In this document: positions 1-10,555 of the stretch, one piece after another
Position numbering within the stretch: the stretch's first letter is position 1
Layout: each line of letters starts with the position of its first letter
Assembly: GCA_965223855.1 (NCBI GenBank)
Contig: CBDCXM010000009.1
Span: forward strand, 3,072,001 to 3,136,000
Direction: 5' to 3'
Origin: Candidatus Multivoradales bacterium
GTDB taxonomy: Bacteria; Acidobacteriota; Thermoanaerobaculia; Multivoradales; JAHEKO01
Length of the DNA: 64,000 nt
The notes under the pieces: model-generated
The model's input: the letters and a program-made list of their open reading frames with translations, nothing else
Databases searched by the model: none
Told to the model about the DNA's origin: nothing
Translations under genes and position numbers: made by a program

Positions 1-1059
1 GAAGAACAGCACCATCAGCGCGATGATCCCGCCGACCCTGCCGGAAGCGAGAAGCGTCGCCAGCGACTCCTTGATCACGTCGCCCTGGTCCCACAGCTCG
101 GTGACGTCGATCACGTTGAGCCGGGGGTTGGCCTCGAGCTGCTCGACCACCTCGTTGACCCGCGCCGCTACGTCCAGGGTGTTGGCATCCCCCTCCTTGA
201 CGACGGCAATCGCCACCGCCGGTCGACTCATGGCGCGAACCCTGAACTTCTGCTCGGGCAGCGCGTAGCGCACCGTGGCGATGTCCCTGAGGCGAGCGGT
301 GTCGCTGACCAGCCGGTTCTCGAGCTCCTCGACCGAACCGTAGCGCGCCATCGAGCGCAGCGTCAGCTTGCGGCTGCCGTCGAGGACGTGCCCCGACGAC
401 ATCGTGAAGTTGTCGGTGCCGAGCTCCTGCGCCAGCTCGAAGATGTTGAGCCCCGCGGCCGCCGTCTTGTCGCGGTCGAGCTCGATCAGGATTTCCTTCT
501 CGAGCAGTCCCTGCGGGTCGACCGAGGCGACGCCGTCGATCCGCGACAGCGGCAGCACGACCTCGTCCTGCACGAGGTTGTAGACGTCGATCACCGCCGG
601 GTCGATCGCCAGCCCGAGGAAGTAGATCGGGATGCCGGCAGCATCGTGTTTCTGCAGGAAGACCTGCTCGATGTCCTCCGGCATCCGTGCGCGGGCGCGC
701 TCGACCCGGTCACGGACCTCGCGGTAGGCGACGTCCATGTCGACGCCGTGCTTGAAGGTGAGCCACACCTGACCACGGCCGGTTCGGGCATGCGAGAAGA
801 CGTTGTCGATGCCGTTGACCGTCGAAAGCTCCTCTTCGAGCGGCCTCACGACCTTGTCGAGCGTCTCCTCGGCCGGAGCGTCGCGCCACGGCACGATGAT
901 GCCGAGCTCCGGCGCCTCGAAGCCCGACGGGAAGAGCTCGAGCGGAATGCCGACGGTCGCCACCGTGCCGAGCACGAGCATGGTGACGAGAGTCACCAGG
1001 ACGGTGATCCGCCGATGCAGGGAGAAGCGGGGGAGCCGGTCTTCCAGTCGCGACTTCAT
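1..1059 (-). CDS. RND efflux permease (AcrB/SwrC-like), 5' part; runs off the left end of the window
   Basis: ATG at 1059 overlaps the upstream stop (ATGA). Translates MKSRLEDRLPRFSLHRRITVLVTLVTMLVLG...IPLELFP...PEETLDKVVRPLEEELSTVNGI, a typical RND N-terminus. Confidence 0.88.
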   Translation of the reverse strand, partial: MKSRLEDRLPRFSLHRRITVLVTLVTMLVLGTVATVGIPLELFPSGFEAPELGIIVPWRDAPAEETLDKVVRPLEEELSTVNGIDNVFSHARTGRGQVWLTFKHGVDMDVAYREVRDRVERARARMPEDIEQVFLQKHDAAGIPIYFLGLAIDPAVIDVYNLVQDEVVLPLSRIDGVASVDPQGLLEKEILIELDRDKTAAAGLNIFELAQELGTDNFTMSSGHVLDGSRKLTLRSMARYGSVEELENRLVSDTARLRDIATVRYALPEQKFRVRAMSRPAVAIAVVKEGDANTLDVAARVNEVVEQLEANPRLNVIDVTELWDQGDVIKESLATLLASGRVGGIIALMVLFF

Positions 1060-4000
1060 GGCGTGTCTCCGAGAAGGGGTTGGCCGCTGCCTCCGGTCGG
1101 GGCTTCCGGGGAGCCGTCGGCGAGGTCGGAATCCGCGAAGGAGCGTTCGCGCCCGGTCAGCCGATAGCGGGTGCGCTCCAGCAGCGAGTAGAGCACCGGG
1201 ATGGCGAAGAGCGTCAGCAGGGTGGAGACCACAAGGCCGCTGATCACGGCGATCGCCATCGGCGTCCGCAGCTCCGCACCGTCGCCGAGCCCGAGCGCCA
1301 TCGGCAGCAGCCCGAGGGTCGTCGTCGCCGTCGTCATCAGGATCGGCCGCAGACGGGCGCTCCCCGCTGCCTCGAGCGCCTGCAGGTAGTCGAGCCCGCG
1401 GCGGCGCAGCGTGTTGACGTAGTCGACCAGCACGATGGCGTTGTTCACCACGATGCCGGCGAGCATGATCATGCCGAGGAAGACGACGATCGAGAGGGTG
1501 ATCCCCAGGAGCTTCAGCGTCAGCACGGTGCCGAGAAAGGCGAGCGGGATGGAGAAGAGGATCACCAGCGGGTGGAGCAGCGACTCGAACTGCGCCGCCA
1601 TGATCACGTAGACGAGGAAGATCGACAGCGCCATGACGAGCCACAGGCTGTTCTTGCTGCGCTCCCACTCCTCGTTCTGACCGGCGATGTAGAAGGTGGT
1701 CCCCGACGGCCAGGTCATCCGGTCGAGTCGCCCGCGGATCGCCGTCACGGCACCGCCCATCGAGCCCTCGGCGATGTTGGCGGTGACGAGCGCCACCCGC
1801 CGGCCGTCGACGCGGCGCACCTCACTCGGACCCTCCCCGAGCTCGACGCGGGCGACCGCCTCGAGCGGGATCGGCCGCTCCCCGCCGGGATTGACGATCA
1901 GGTCGCGGACGTCGTCGACCGTCTCGCGATCGGACTCCATCAACCTCGCGACGATCGGGATCCGCCGATCTTCGAGATTGAAGCGCGTCGCCTCGAAGCC
2001 CTGCACCTTGTCGCGGACCAGCCGCGCCACCACGTTGGGGTTGAGGCCGTAGCGCGCCAGCAGGTCGCGGTCGTAGACCACCTGGACCTCGGGGGCGCCG
2101 CGACGCAGCGTCGTCTCGACGTCGGCGAGCTCGGGCATCGCCCCCATCGCGCTCGACACCACCTCGGCCTGGCGGCGCAGCTCGACGAGGTCCTCGCCGT
2201 GCACCTCGACCTCGATCGGAGCCTTGAAGCTGAAGAGCACCGGCCTCACCACCTGGGCGTCGAGGTCGGGGATCTCCTCGAAGCGCCGCCGCAGACGCGC
2301 CACGACGGCGTCCTCGATGCGCGGGTCGGCGCGGTCGAGCAGCACCTTGAAACGTGCGGTGTGCTCTCCCTCGTCGGAGCGGTTGGAGTTCGCGGCGTCA
2401 TAGCCCACCGTGAGGAGCAGCGAGTCGATGTGCTCGCGTTCCTCGAGGATCGCTCTCTCGACCGGCGCGACCGTCGCCTCGGTCTCCTCCAGCGGGGTGC
2501 CGACCGGGAGGGTCACCTCAACGGTGAACTCGCCCTGCCTCACTTCCGGCAGCAGCTCGGTGTCGAGAGTGACGAGCACTCCGGCCGTCAGGGTGAAGGA
2601 GAGCGCGACGATCAGGATGACGAGTCCCGGACTGGCGAGAGCGCGACGAAGCGCCGGTGGGTAGGCCCGCTGGACCGCGCCCAGGAACACCTCCGCTCCT
2701 CGGAGCGGCCACTTCATCAGCACCGAGAACACCCGGGTGAGGGCGGGCCGCAGCAGCTTCCGCCAGCTGAAGAGGACTCCGGCGACGACCAGCAGGATCA
2801 GCTTGCCGAGCGTCTCCAGCACCAGCGCGAGGACGCCGCGCAGCGCCAGATACAGCCACAGCGGCAGCAGGGCGACCCTCTTCACCCAGGAGCTTCGGCT
2901 CCAGGCAGATCGGAAATCGTCGAGCACCGCTCGGAGGAGCGGGAAGCGCTTCCAGTTTCGGGAAACCGGCTGGCCGCCGACGTCCGAGAACGGATCGCCC
3001 TTGCGGCTCGCCAGCATCGGAATGAGGAAGAGAGCGACGACCAGTGCCGCCAGGAGTGACATGACGACCGCAAAGCCGAGATCGCCGAACGCCTGCCCGG
3101 CGACCCCTTCGACGAACACCATGGGGAAAGAACACCGCGATGGTGGTCAGGGTCGAGGCGATCACCGCGCCCCGCACCTCCGAGGTGCCTCTGACGGCCG
3201 CTGCATCGACGCTGTCCCCCTCCTCGCGGCAGCGGAAGATCGACTCGAGGACGACGATCGACGAGTCGACCAGCATGCCGATACCGAGAGCGAGACCGCC
3301 CAGGGACATCACGTTGAGGGTCACGCCGAGCAGATTGAGTGGCGCGAAGGTCACCATCAGCGACACCGGAATCGACACGCCGACGATCAGCGTCGTCCGC
3401 AGGTCGCGGAGGAAGAGGAACAGCACGACGATCGCCAGCAGGCCACCGAGGACCGCCGTCTGGATGACTTCGCTGATGCTGCTCTCGATGAAGAGAGACC
3501 GGTCGGCCGCGATCGTCAGCTCGACCTCCTCCTCGCGAAACAGCCGCGCCACGAGACCCTCCGGCTCGCCCCCGCCTGCGGCACCCCGACCTGGGGCGCC
3601 CGCCTGAGGCTTCTTCTCCTCTGGCTGGTCAGGATCGAACTCGCCCAGCTCGTCCCGGACCCGCTTGGCCAGGGCGACGATGTTGGCGTCGGCCTCCTTG
3701 AAGAGGTCGATCTGGACGCTCTCGCTCGAGTCGGTGCGGGTGAGGATCTGGCGCTCCTTGTGGCCACGCCGGACCTCGCCGAGGTCGCGGATCCGGACCT
3801 CGCGCCCTTCGAACGAGGCGACGACGGTGTCGCCGATCTGCTCGAGGTTCTCGTACTCGTTGAGCGTGCGGACCATGTACTCGGTCCGCCCCTCGGTGAG
3901 CGTGCCGCCGGCGAGGTTGATGTTCTCCTGGGCGAGGCGGTCGATCACCTGCTGGATCGAGACCCCGGTGCGCCGCAGTTGCTCCTCGTCGAGCAGGACG

Positions 4001-4683
4001 TGGATCTCCTCCTCGAGACCGCCGCGGACTCTCACCGCGGCGACTCCCTTGATCGGCTCGAGAGCCCTCTTGATCTGCAGATCGGCCAGCCGGCGAAGGC
4101 GGCGGAGCCCTTCTTCGCCCTCGAAGCGCTCGCCGCGACCCGACAGCGACAATTCCATCACCGGGTCGAGCGACGGGTCGAAGCGCAGGATGAGAGGCCG
4201 CTCCGCCTCTTCGGGCAACAGGATCAGGTCGAGCTTCTCGAGCGAGTCCTGAATCGCATCCGCCATCGGCGTGTCCCAGGTGAACTCGAGGATCACGTCG
4301 CTGACTCCGGCACGGGAGACGCTCGAGATCCGGCGCAGACCGCCGACGACGCCGAGCGCCTCCTCGACCGGGCGGCTGACGTCGTTCTCCACTTCTTCGG
4401 GCGCCGCTCCGGGGTACTCCGTCCTCACCGTCAGGGTGGGGTAGGAGAGCTCCGGCATCAGCGTCACCGGAAGGCGGCCGTAGGAGAAGAAGCCGAAGAC
4501 GACCGCGGCGACGAACACCATGGTGATCGCCACCGGGCGGCTGGTCATGAAGCTGGCCGCTGCCCCCAGTGGCCCCGGTGACGCCGGCGCTTCGGCCGGA
4601 ACCGTCTCCCGCTCTACCGCGTCGTGCTTCTCGTCGTTTCCTTCCGAGGCCGGCTTCGACGCCTCGGAGCGCTCTTCGCTCAA
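1056..4683 (-). pseudogene. RND efflux permease (AcrB family) interrupted by a +1 frameshift at about 3123 (real lesion or assembly indel)
   Basis: N-half (ORF 2518..4836, TTG at 4683 overlapping the MFP stop) reads ...GIGMLVDSSIVVLE...STLTTIAVFFP. C-half (ORF 1056..3122) continues MVFVEGVAG...RLRPILMT. Junction is TTC TTT CCC C ATG with one extra C. Confidence 0.85.
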
Positions 4684-5831
4684 GTGGACTCTCCCACAAT
4701 CCTGACCGGTGCCTGATTCTTGAGCCCGGCCTGGCCCGCGACGACGATCCGGTCTCCCGCCTCGACGACGCCGGCGGGCTCGATGTTCTGCCGGTCTTCG
4801 AGCGCTGCGGTGATCTGAAGCCGCTCGACCGCCCATTCGACGTCGTCCTCACCTTCGACGAGACGGAAGACGTAGATCTGATCGTCGTCGTAGACGAGCG
4901 CCTTCTTCGGCAGCAGGACCGCGTCCTCGCGCACCGCCGTCACCAGCTCGACCGAGACGTACATTCCCGGCAACAGCTCCTGGCTACGAGGGATGGCCAC
5001 CGTCACCTTGACCGTGCCGGTCCGCGAGTCGACCACCGGAGCGATGCGCTCGACCGCTCCCTCGCGCCGGTCGTCACCGAAGGCGTCGGCGAAGAGGTTC
5101 GCCTGCTGACCGACCTCGAGCCGCGGCAGCACCTTTTCGGGCACGTAGATGCGCGCGACGATCGAGTCGAAATCGACGAGGTCGAAGAGGTGCTGGTTGA
5201 CGGTGACCTGGTCGCCGACGTTGACCAGCCTCCGGGTCACGGTGCCGGTGATCGGAGCTCTCACCTGGGTGTAGGAGAGCTCGCGCTGAGCATCGGCGAG
5301 AGAGAGCTCGAGCTGCTCGAGCTCGTAGGTCGCCTCGTTGAACACCTGCTCGCTGATCAACTGCTGCCCGTAGAGCCGCTCCTGACGCTCGTACTCGCGG
5401 CGCGCCTTGGCGAGCTGGCTCTGGACCCGCGAGAGCTGGGTCCGCTGCTGGTCGTCTTCCAACTCGAGCAGCACCGTCCCCTTGCGCACGTCGTCCCCTT
5501 CCTCGACCAGCAGGCGCTTCACCAGCCGCGCCGCCTGCGAGAAGACCTGCACCTCGCTCTCCGCCTCTAGATTGGTGGAGAAGCGAAGGACCTCGGCAAT
5601 CCGGCCGCGTCCGATCTGTGCCACCTCGACCGGCACCCGGTCGTCGGCCTCTTCCTCTTCGCCTTCGGCCTTGTCCCGCCCTCGACGCGAGGAGTCCTTC
5701 GTCTCCTCGCTCGACTCGGCCGTCTCGTCTCCCGCCGGAGCCTCACTGTCGGCGGACGAGCAGCCCGCCCCCACGGCGATCACCAACATCATCACGGACC
5801 CGAGGGCCCATCGCTGCCATCCACGCGTCAT
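4680..5831 (-). CDS. RND efflux periplasmic adaptor (membrane fusion protein), lipoprotein
   Basis: Lipobox-like AGC, VEEGDDVRKG lipoyl-like motif, VRAPITGTV, LLPGM; GGAG RBS 6 nt before ATG 5831. Confidence 0.9.
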   Translation of the reverse strand: MTRGWQRWALGSVMMLVIAVGAGCSSADSEAPAGDETAESSEETKDSSRRGRDKAEGEEEEADDRVPVEVAQIGRGRIAEVLRFSTNLEAESEVQVFSQAARLVKRLLVEEGDDVRKGTVLLELEDDQQRTQLSRVQSQLAKARREYERQERLYGQQLISEQVFNEATYELEQLELSLADAQRELSYTQVRAPITGTVTRRLVNVGDQVTVNQHLFDLVDFDSIVARIYVPEKVLPRLEVGQQANLFADAFGDDRREGAVERIAPVVDSRTGTVKVTVAIPRSQELLPGMYVSVELVTAVREDAVLLPKKALVYDDDQIYVFRLVEGEDDVEWAVERLQITAALEDRQNIEPAGVVEAGDRIVVAGQAGLKNQAPVRIVGEST

Positions 5832-5921
5832 CTGCGTCTCCAAACGGGGTAGAGGAAGGCCGACCGCTCGATCCGAGTCCGCCCTCCATTCGATCTCCGG
5901 TGAACACCCTCACTAGAACCC

Positions 5922-5947
5922 TACGCTGGGCCGAGCGGGTTGTTTCT
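5922..5947 (-). promoter_or_regulatory. Putative ECF-sigma promoter for the RND operon
   Basis: Minus strand AGAAAC-N16-CGTA, matching the ECF (SigW-like) GAAAC-N16-CGTA pattern. Confidence 0.5.
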
Positions 5948-6024
5948 TACCGGCTTGTGAACCGAGTCTACAATCAGCGCATGGTTCGACCCACGTCGGC
6001 GACGCGACCCGAGCGAGTCTCGCG

Positions 6025-6504
6025 GTGAGCTGGGTCTTCGGGCTCGGCATCCTGATCCTCGTCGTCGGCGTAGCTGGCACCGTCCTGCCGGTCCTTCCCG
6101 GACCGCCGTTCGTCTTCCTCGGCATGCTGATCGCGGCGTGGGCCGACGGGTTCGCGCGGATCGGCTGGCCCACCCTCGCAGTGCTGGGCCTCCTCACCCT
6201 CGCTACCGTCGCGATCGATCTGCTTTCGGCGGCCTGGGGCAGTCAACGCGCTCAGGCGAGCCGCCAGGCGTTCTTCGGCGCCGCGATCGGCTCGATCGTC
6301 GGGCTCTTCTTCGGCATCCCCGGCCTGATCCTCGGCCCCTTCATCGGGGCGGTCGCCGGCGAGTACGTCGCCCATCGGGAACTGCGTCGCGCCGGCAAGG
6401 TCGGCCTCGCCGCCTGGCTCGGCATGCTCGTAGGGGGCGCCGCTCGCGTCGCCATCGTGATGGCGATGCTCGCCGTGTTCGTCGTCTCCTACCTCTGGAT
6501 CTAG
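6025..6504 (+). CDS. DUF456 family membrane protein
   Basis: GVAGTVLPVLPG and GLILGPFIGAVAGE motifs; hydrophobic. Confidence 0.85.
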   Translation: MSWVFGLGILILVVGVAGTVLPVLPGPPFVFLGMLIAAWADGFARIGWPTLAVLGLLTLATVAIDLLSAAWGSQRAQASRQAFFGAAIGSIVGLFFGIPGLILGPFIGAVAGEYVAHRELRRAGKVGLAAWLGMLVGGAARVAIVMAMLAVFVVSYLWI

Positions 6505-6512
6505 TCCGAACT

Positions 6513-7184
6513 TCAGGGGCTGCCGGTGTCGGCCGCTCCCGCAGGCATCGGGCAGCTGACCCCCGTGCCCCCGAGACCACAGTAGCCACCCGGATTCTTG
6601 TGGAGGTACTGCTGGTGGTACTCCTCGGCGAAGTAGAAGTCCCGCGCCGGCGCGATCTCCGTCGTCACCTCACCGAAGCCGCTCTCCGCGAGCTTCGCGG
6701 CGTAGCGGTCGCGGGACGCGCGGACGGTCCCCTCCTGAGCCGGCTCGGTGAAGTAGACCGCCGAGCGGTATTGGGTCCCACGGTCGTTACCCTGACGCAT
6801 CCCCTGCGTCGGATCATGCCCCTCCCAGAACGCAGAGAGCACGGTCTCGAGCGGTAGACGCTCCGGGAAGAACACGACACGCACCACCTCGGTATGACCG
6901 GTCGCTCCCGTGCACACCTCTTCGTAGGTCGGATTCGGTGTCAGGCCTCCCGCGTATCCGACCGCGGTGGTGTGGACTCCCTCGAGCCGCCAGAACAGCC
7001 GCTCGGCCCCCCAGAAGCACCCCAGCCCGAGCCAGATCTCCTCGCTTCCCTCGGGGTAGGGAGGGACGAGCGTCGTTCCCAACACCGGGTGGACGGCTTG
7101 CGGGACGAGCGGCGTGTCGCGCCCGGGAAGAGCCGAGCCCAGATCCGGGAGCTGCTGCGTGTCGAGCTTCCACCATGCGGTCAT
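6513..7184 (-). CDS. msrA: Peptide-methionine (S)-S-oxide reductase
   Basis: GCFWG active site, [26 protein letters not shown]. Confidence 0.97.
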   Translation of the reverse strand: MTAWWKLDTQQLPDLGSALPGRDTPLVPQAVHPVLGTTLVPPYPEGSEEIWLGLGCFWGAERLFWRLEGVHTTAVGYAGGLTPNPTYEEVCTGATGHTEVVRVVFFPERLPLETVLSAFWEGHDPTQGMRQGNDRGTQYRSAVYFTEPAQEGTVRASRDRYAAKLAESGFGEVTTEIAPARDFYFAEEYHQQYLHKNPGGYCGLGGTGVSCPMPAGAADTGSP

Positions 7185-7387
7185 CGTTCCGATCTCCTTC
7201 GTCCATACGGGTGAGTGGCCCGTTTCTGAATCCTATGGGATGGCCACGGGCTCCCGGGGGCGGGGCCTGCGCCCCTGAGTACTCCCTGATAGGGTCTCGC
7301 GCGCCCTCGGGGAGCGTGCGGCCTGCGAAAGGCCCGAGCACCATCCCTCGGACGCGATACGGCCACCCCTGGCGAAGACCCGGTCTC

Positions 7388-8140
7388 ATGGAACCTTCCT
7401 CAGCCTCGCAGCCACTGTCCGCATGGCTGTTCCGCTGGAGGAGCCTGCTGCCGCTCGGGGCCGTTTCACTGCTGGCATTCGGCGCCGCATCCGGTCGCGC
7501 CTCCGCCGACACCCTGGAGATACGGATCGCCGTCGTCGTTGGATGCCTACTGGCCGCCCTCGGGCTCGCGGTGCGGCTCTACACAGTCGGCTTCGCCCCC
7601 GAGGGAACTTCGGGGCGGCATCGTCGCCAGCACGCCTCGCAGCTCAACACCTTCGGCATCTATTCCGCGGTGAGGCACCCTCTCTACCTGGGCAATCTCC
7701 TCGTCTGGGCCGGAGTCTCACTGACCTCCGGCTGGTGGCTCGGCACCGCCGCGAGTCTGCTTCTCGGAGCGATCCTCTTCGTTGCCATCCTCCGGCACGA
7801 GGACCGCTTCCTGCGCGACAGCTTCGGCGCTGTCTGGGAGGAGTGGGCCGCCGCCACGCCGGCGCTCGTGCCCCGGCTCTCGCTGTGGCGTACGGCCCGC
7901 AGGCCGTGGGACCTCCTCAAGGCCGTCCACTCCGAGTACTCCACACTCCACTCGATCGTGCTGCTGGTGACGCTCTTTTCGATGCTGCGCCGGTGGTCGT
8001 GGGAGGGGTTGCCCCCCTCAACGACCCAGTGGCTCGTCGTCGGCGTCAACTTCGCCGTCTACGCGACCCTGCGTCGATTGCGACGGCGCAGCCGCGAGGC
8101 CCGGTTGCCCCGCGCGACGCATCGGAACGCCGGCCGCTAG
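7388..8140 (+). CDS. ICMT/PEMT-family membrane methyltransferase (lipid A phosphate methyltransferase LmtA-like)
   Basis: WLFRWRS N-terminus, GTSGR...LNTFGIYSAVRHPLYLGN motif, several TM segments. Confidence 0.75.
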   Translation: MEPSSASQPLSAWLFRWRSLLPLGAVSLLAFGAASGRASADTLEIRIAVVVGCLLAALGLAVRLYTVGFAPEGTSGRHRRQHASQLNTFGIYSAVRHPLYLGNLLVWAGVSLTSGWWLGTAASLLLGAILFVAILRHEDRFLRDSFGAVWEEWAAATPALVPRLSLWRTARRPWDLLKAVHSEYSTLHSIVLLVTLFSMLRRWSWEGLPPSTTQWLVVGVNFAVYATLRRLRRRSREARLPRATHRNAGR

Positions 8141-8544
8141 CGCGACGCGGCCAGCGCCTGGAGCAGGTTCCTGCCCTCGGTGCCGAGGTCCGAGAACTCG
8201 AAGAGCACGGAGTAGAGGCCGTCCGGGCGGACCTGCACGTGCAGGACTTCGCCCGATCCTTCGATGAGCCTCGACTCGACGGCCATCTCCAGGCGCAGCT
8301 TGTCGCCTGTGTGAAGCGGGCAGTCGGTCTCGAACAGAAGGCCCGAAGCGAGCACCTCCATCGTGCGGCCGAGCCAGGAACGGTTCTCGACGATCAGCTC
8401 GTCCGCGAGGGTTCGCGAGAGGCAGACCAGATAGTTGAGTTCTCCCGCGACCGGCTCGAGATCGACGAACCGCCGATCTGTGAGGTGTTCGGTCTCGGTT
8501 TCGGTGATGCGGGTCTCGGAGAACAGCGACGCGAGTAAGGACAT
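8137..8544 (-). CDS. Hypothetical protein, degenerate PilZ-like domain
   Basis: DRR motif and PilZ-like beta pattern (SGLLFETDCPLHTGDKLRL...GEVLHV...VLFEF); c-di-GMP motifs imperfect. Confidence 0.55.
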   Translation of the reverse strand: MSLLASLFSETRITETETEHLTDRRFVDLEPVAGELNYLVCLSRTLADELIVENRSWLGRTMEVLASGLLFETDCPLHTGDKLRLEMAVESRLIEGSGEVLHVQVRPDGLYSVLFEFSDLGTEGRNLLQALAASR

Positions 8545-8559
8545 GAGGTTCCTCCTTGT

Positions 8560-9180
8560 TCAGTCCTGGTCGAGACGGACGACCGCGGGTTCCAACGCGG
8601 TCATCGCCTCCCGAACCAACGTCCCGAGAGAGGGGCTTCGCGGTGAGCGATGCCACCGTCTCAGTGCGGCCATCAGGCAGGCGGTCACGGCGGCCGCCAA
8701 TACCTCGGCCCGCCAGGGGCGCGAGGCCCCCGGTGCCAGCCGCCGAGTGAAGACTTTGGCCAGTCGAGTCTCGGCGGCGTGGAATCGGTGAACGAGCTGG
8801 CCCAGCAGGGCCGGCTCGGTCAAAGCATGGGGGAGGCGGGGGAGCAGCTCTTCGCTCCTCGCCTCGATCGCCTCGGCGAAAGCCTCGAACGCCTGGGCCA
8901 GCACGGTCGGCAGGTCCCCCTCGAGGCGGGCGCGGCTCAGGACCGCCTCGAAGGCGGGGAAGCCGTGGAAGAACGCGTCTTCCTTGGCGGGGAAGTAGCG
9001 GTAGAAGGTCCGCGGTGACACCAGAGCCCTGGCTGCGATCTCGTCGACCAGCGTGTCGCCGTAGCCCTTGTGCTGAATCAGATCGAGAGCTGCACGGGCG
9101 ATCTCGTCACGAGTGCGCTCACGACGAAGGCTCCGGAGGGAGGGCGTCGCGGGAGCTGTCTGGGCGGATCCGGTCGGCAT
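8560..9180 (-). CDS. TetR family transcriptional regulator
   Basis: RTRDEIARAAL...KGYGDTLVDEIAARALVSPRTFYRYFPAKED HTH; ATG at 9180. Confidence 0.92.
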   Translation of the reverse strand: MPTGSAQTAPATPSLRSLRRERTRDEIARAALDLIQHKGYGDTLVDEIAARALVSPRTFYRYFPAKEDAFFHGFPAFEAVLSRARLEGDLPTVLAQAFEAFAEAIEARSEELLPRLPHALTEPALLGQLVHRFHAAETRLAKVFTRRLAPGASRPWRAEVLAAAVTACLMAALRRWHRSPRSPSLGTLVREAMTALEPAVVRLDQD

Positions 9181-9235
9181 GTGACTTAGCTCGAAGAGGC
9201 CTAACTTCGATGGATAAACGCACAATACGCACAAA

Positions 9236-9251
9236 TGACAGTCTCTGTCAA
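9236..9251. promoter_or_regulatory. Inverted repeat TGACAG-N3-CTGTCA overlapping a minus-strand TTGACA -35; likely TetR autoregulatory operator
   Basis: Perfect 6-3-6 palindrome 56 nt upstream of the TetR start; minus strand TTGACA-N18-TATTGT. Confidence 0.6.
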
Positions 9252-9418
9252 GTCGACAGGGAACGTCATTTGGACAGGCCTTGTCTCCACAGTGACGCCC
9301 TTGCCTCCGGAGGGAGGCGGGCGGTAGGTTCACGACCGCCGGAGACGGGGTGCGGCGGCGAGAGCCGCCGGCGCCAGCCGGCACCCTCCCCGAGAACCGA
9401 CCACCCCGGAGCTCCAAG

Positions 9419-10480
9419 ATGCAGATGGGAATTCTCGGCCTGCCGAAGGCGGGCAAGACAACGCTCTTCAATCTCCTGACGGCCTCGAGTGAGACGACCG
9501 ACAAGTTCGCTCGCTCGAAGGACGCCAACGTCGGCGTCGCCAAGGTGCCCGACCGACGACTGGAACAGCTTCGCGATCTCTTCCAGCCGAAGCGCTACGT
9601 TCCGGCGACGGTGCAGTTCGTCGACATCCCCGGTGTGGAGCGAGGGCAGGGAAGCGCCAACCTCGATCTGGTCAAGCTCAGGGAGGTCGACGCCCTGGTG
9701 CATGTCGTGCGAGCCTTCGACGACCCGGAGATCCCCCATCCGGACGGGTCGGTCGATCCCGTCCGCGACCTCGAGAGCCTCGACCTCGAGCTCGTGTTCG
9801 CCGACCTCGAGTTGATCGAGAGGCGACTCGAGAAACTGACCGCCGCCCAGAAGCGAGGCCTCAAACCGCACGAGGTCAGAGAGCGGGAGCTGCTGGAGGG
9901 CACCCTGCTCCCTGCGCTGGAGTCCGAGACACCGTTGCGGGAGGTCGAGCTCGACGACGACCAGGAGAAGCTCCTGCGCGGCTTCCAGCTGCTCTCCGCG
10001 AAGCCGTTGCTGGTGGCGGTGAATCTCGACGAGGATGCGCTCGGCGGCGGCAGCGAGGAGACGCTCTCCGGCATGCCGGCATCGGCGATCGCCACCAGTC
10101 TGCCGATCGAGGAGGAGATTTCCCGTCTGCCGAACGAAGAGGCGGAGGAGTTCCTCGCCGACCTCGGCCTCGAAGAGCCGAGCGTCGACCGGATCATCCG
10201 TGCCAGCTACGAGCTGCTCGGCCGGATTTCATTCTTCACGGTAGGAGAGGACGAGGTCAGGGCCTGGACCATCCGCGACCACACGGCGGCACGCGAGGCC
10301 GCGGGTGCGATCCACTCCGACATCGAGCGCGGCTTCATCCGTGCCGAGGTCGTGGCCTGGGACCGGCTCCTCGAACGCGGCAGCCTCGCCGCCTGCAGGG
10401 AGCAGGGGGAGCTTCGCCTCGAAGGGAAGGACTATCCCGTTTCCGACGGCGAAGTGGTGCATTTCCGCTTCAACGTGTAG
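9419..10480 (+). CDS. ychF: Ribosome-binding ATPase YchF
   Basis: GLPKAGKTTLFN P-loop, FVDIPG, FFTVGEDEVRAW, IHSDIERGFIRAE, HFRFNV end. Confidence 0.95.
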   Translation: MQMGILGLPKAGKTTLFNLLTASSETTDKFARSKDANVGVAKVPDRRLEQLRDLFQPKRYVPATVQFVDIPGVERGQGSANLDLVKLREVDALVHVVRAFDDPEIPHPDGSVDPVRDLESLDLELVFADLELIERRLEKLTAAQKRGLKPHEVRERELLEGTLLPALESETPLREVELDDDQEKLLRGFQLLSAKPLLVAVNLDEDALGGGSEETLSGMPASAIATSLPIEEEISRLPNEEAEEFLADLGLEEPSVDRIIRASYELLGRISFFTVGEDEVRAWTIRDHTAAREAAGAIHSDIERGFIRAEVVAWDRLLERGSLAACREQGELRLEGKDYPVSDGEVVHFRFNV

Positions 10481-10555
10481 CGGTCCGCCTCGCGCTCCTC
10501 AGCCTCCCTCAGACCTCCGGGGGAGGGCGGCGGTTGAGGTAAGGTTGGCGGTCCG

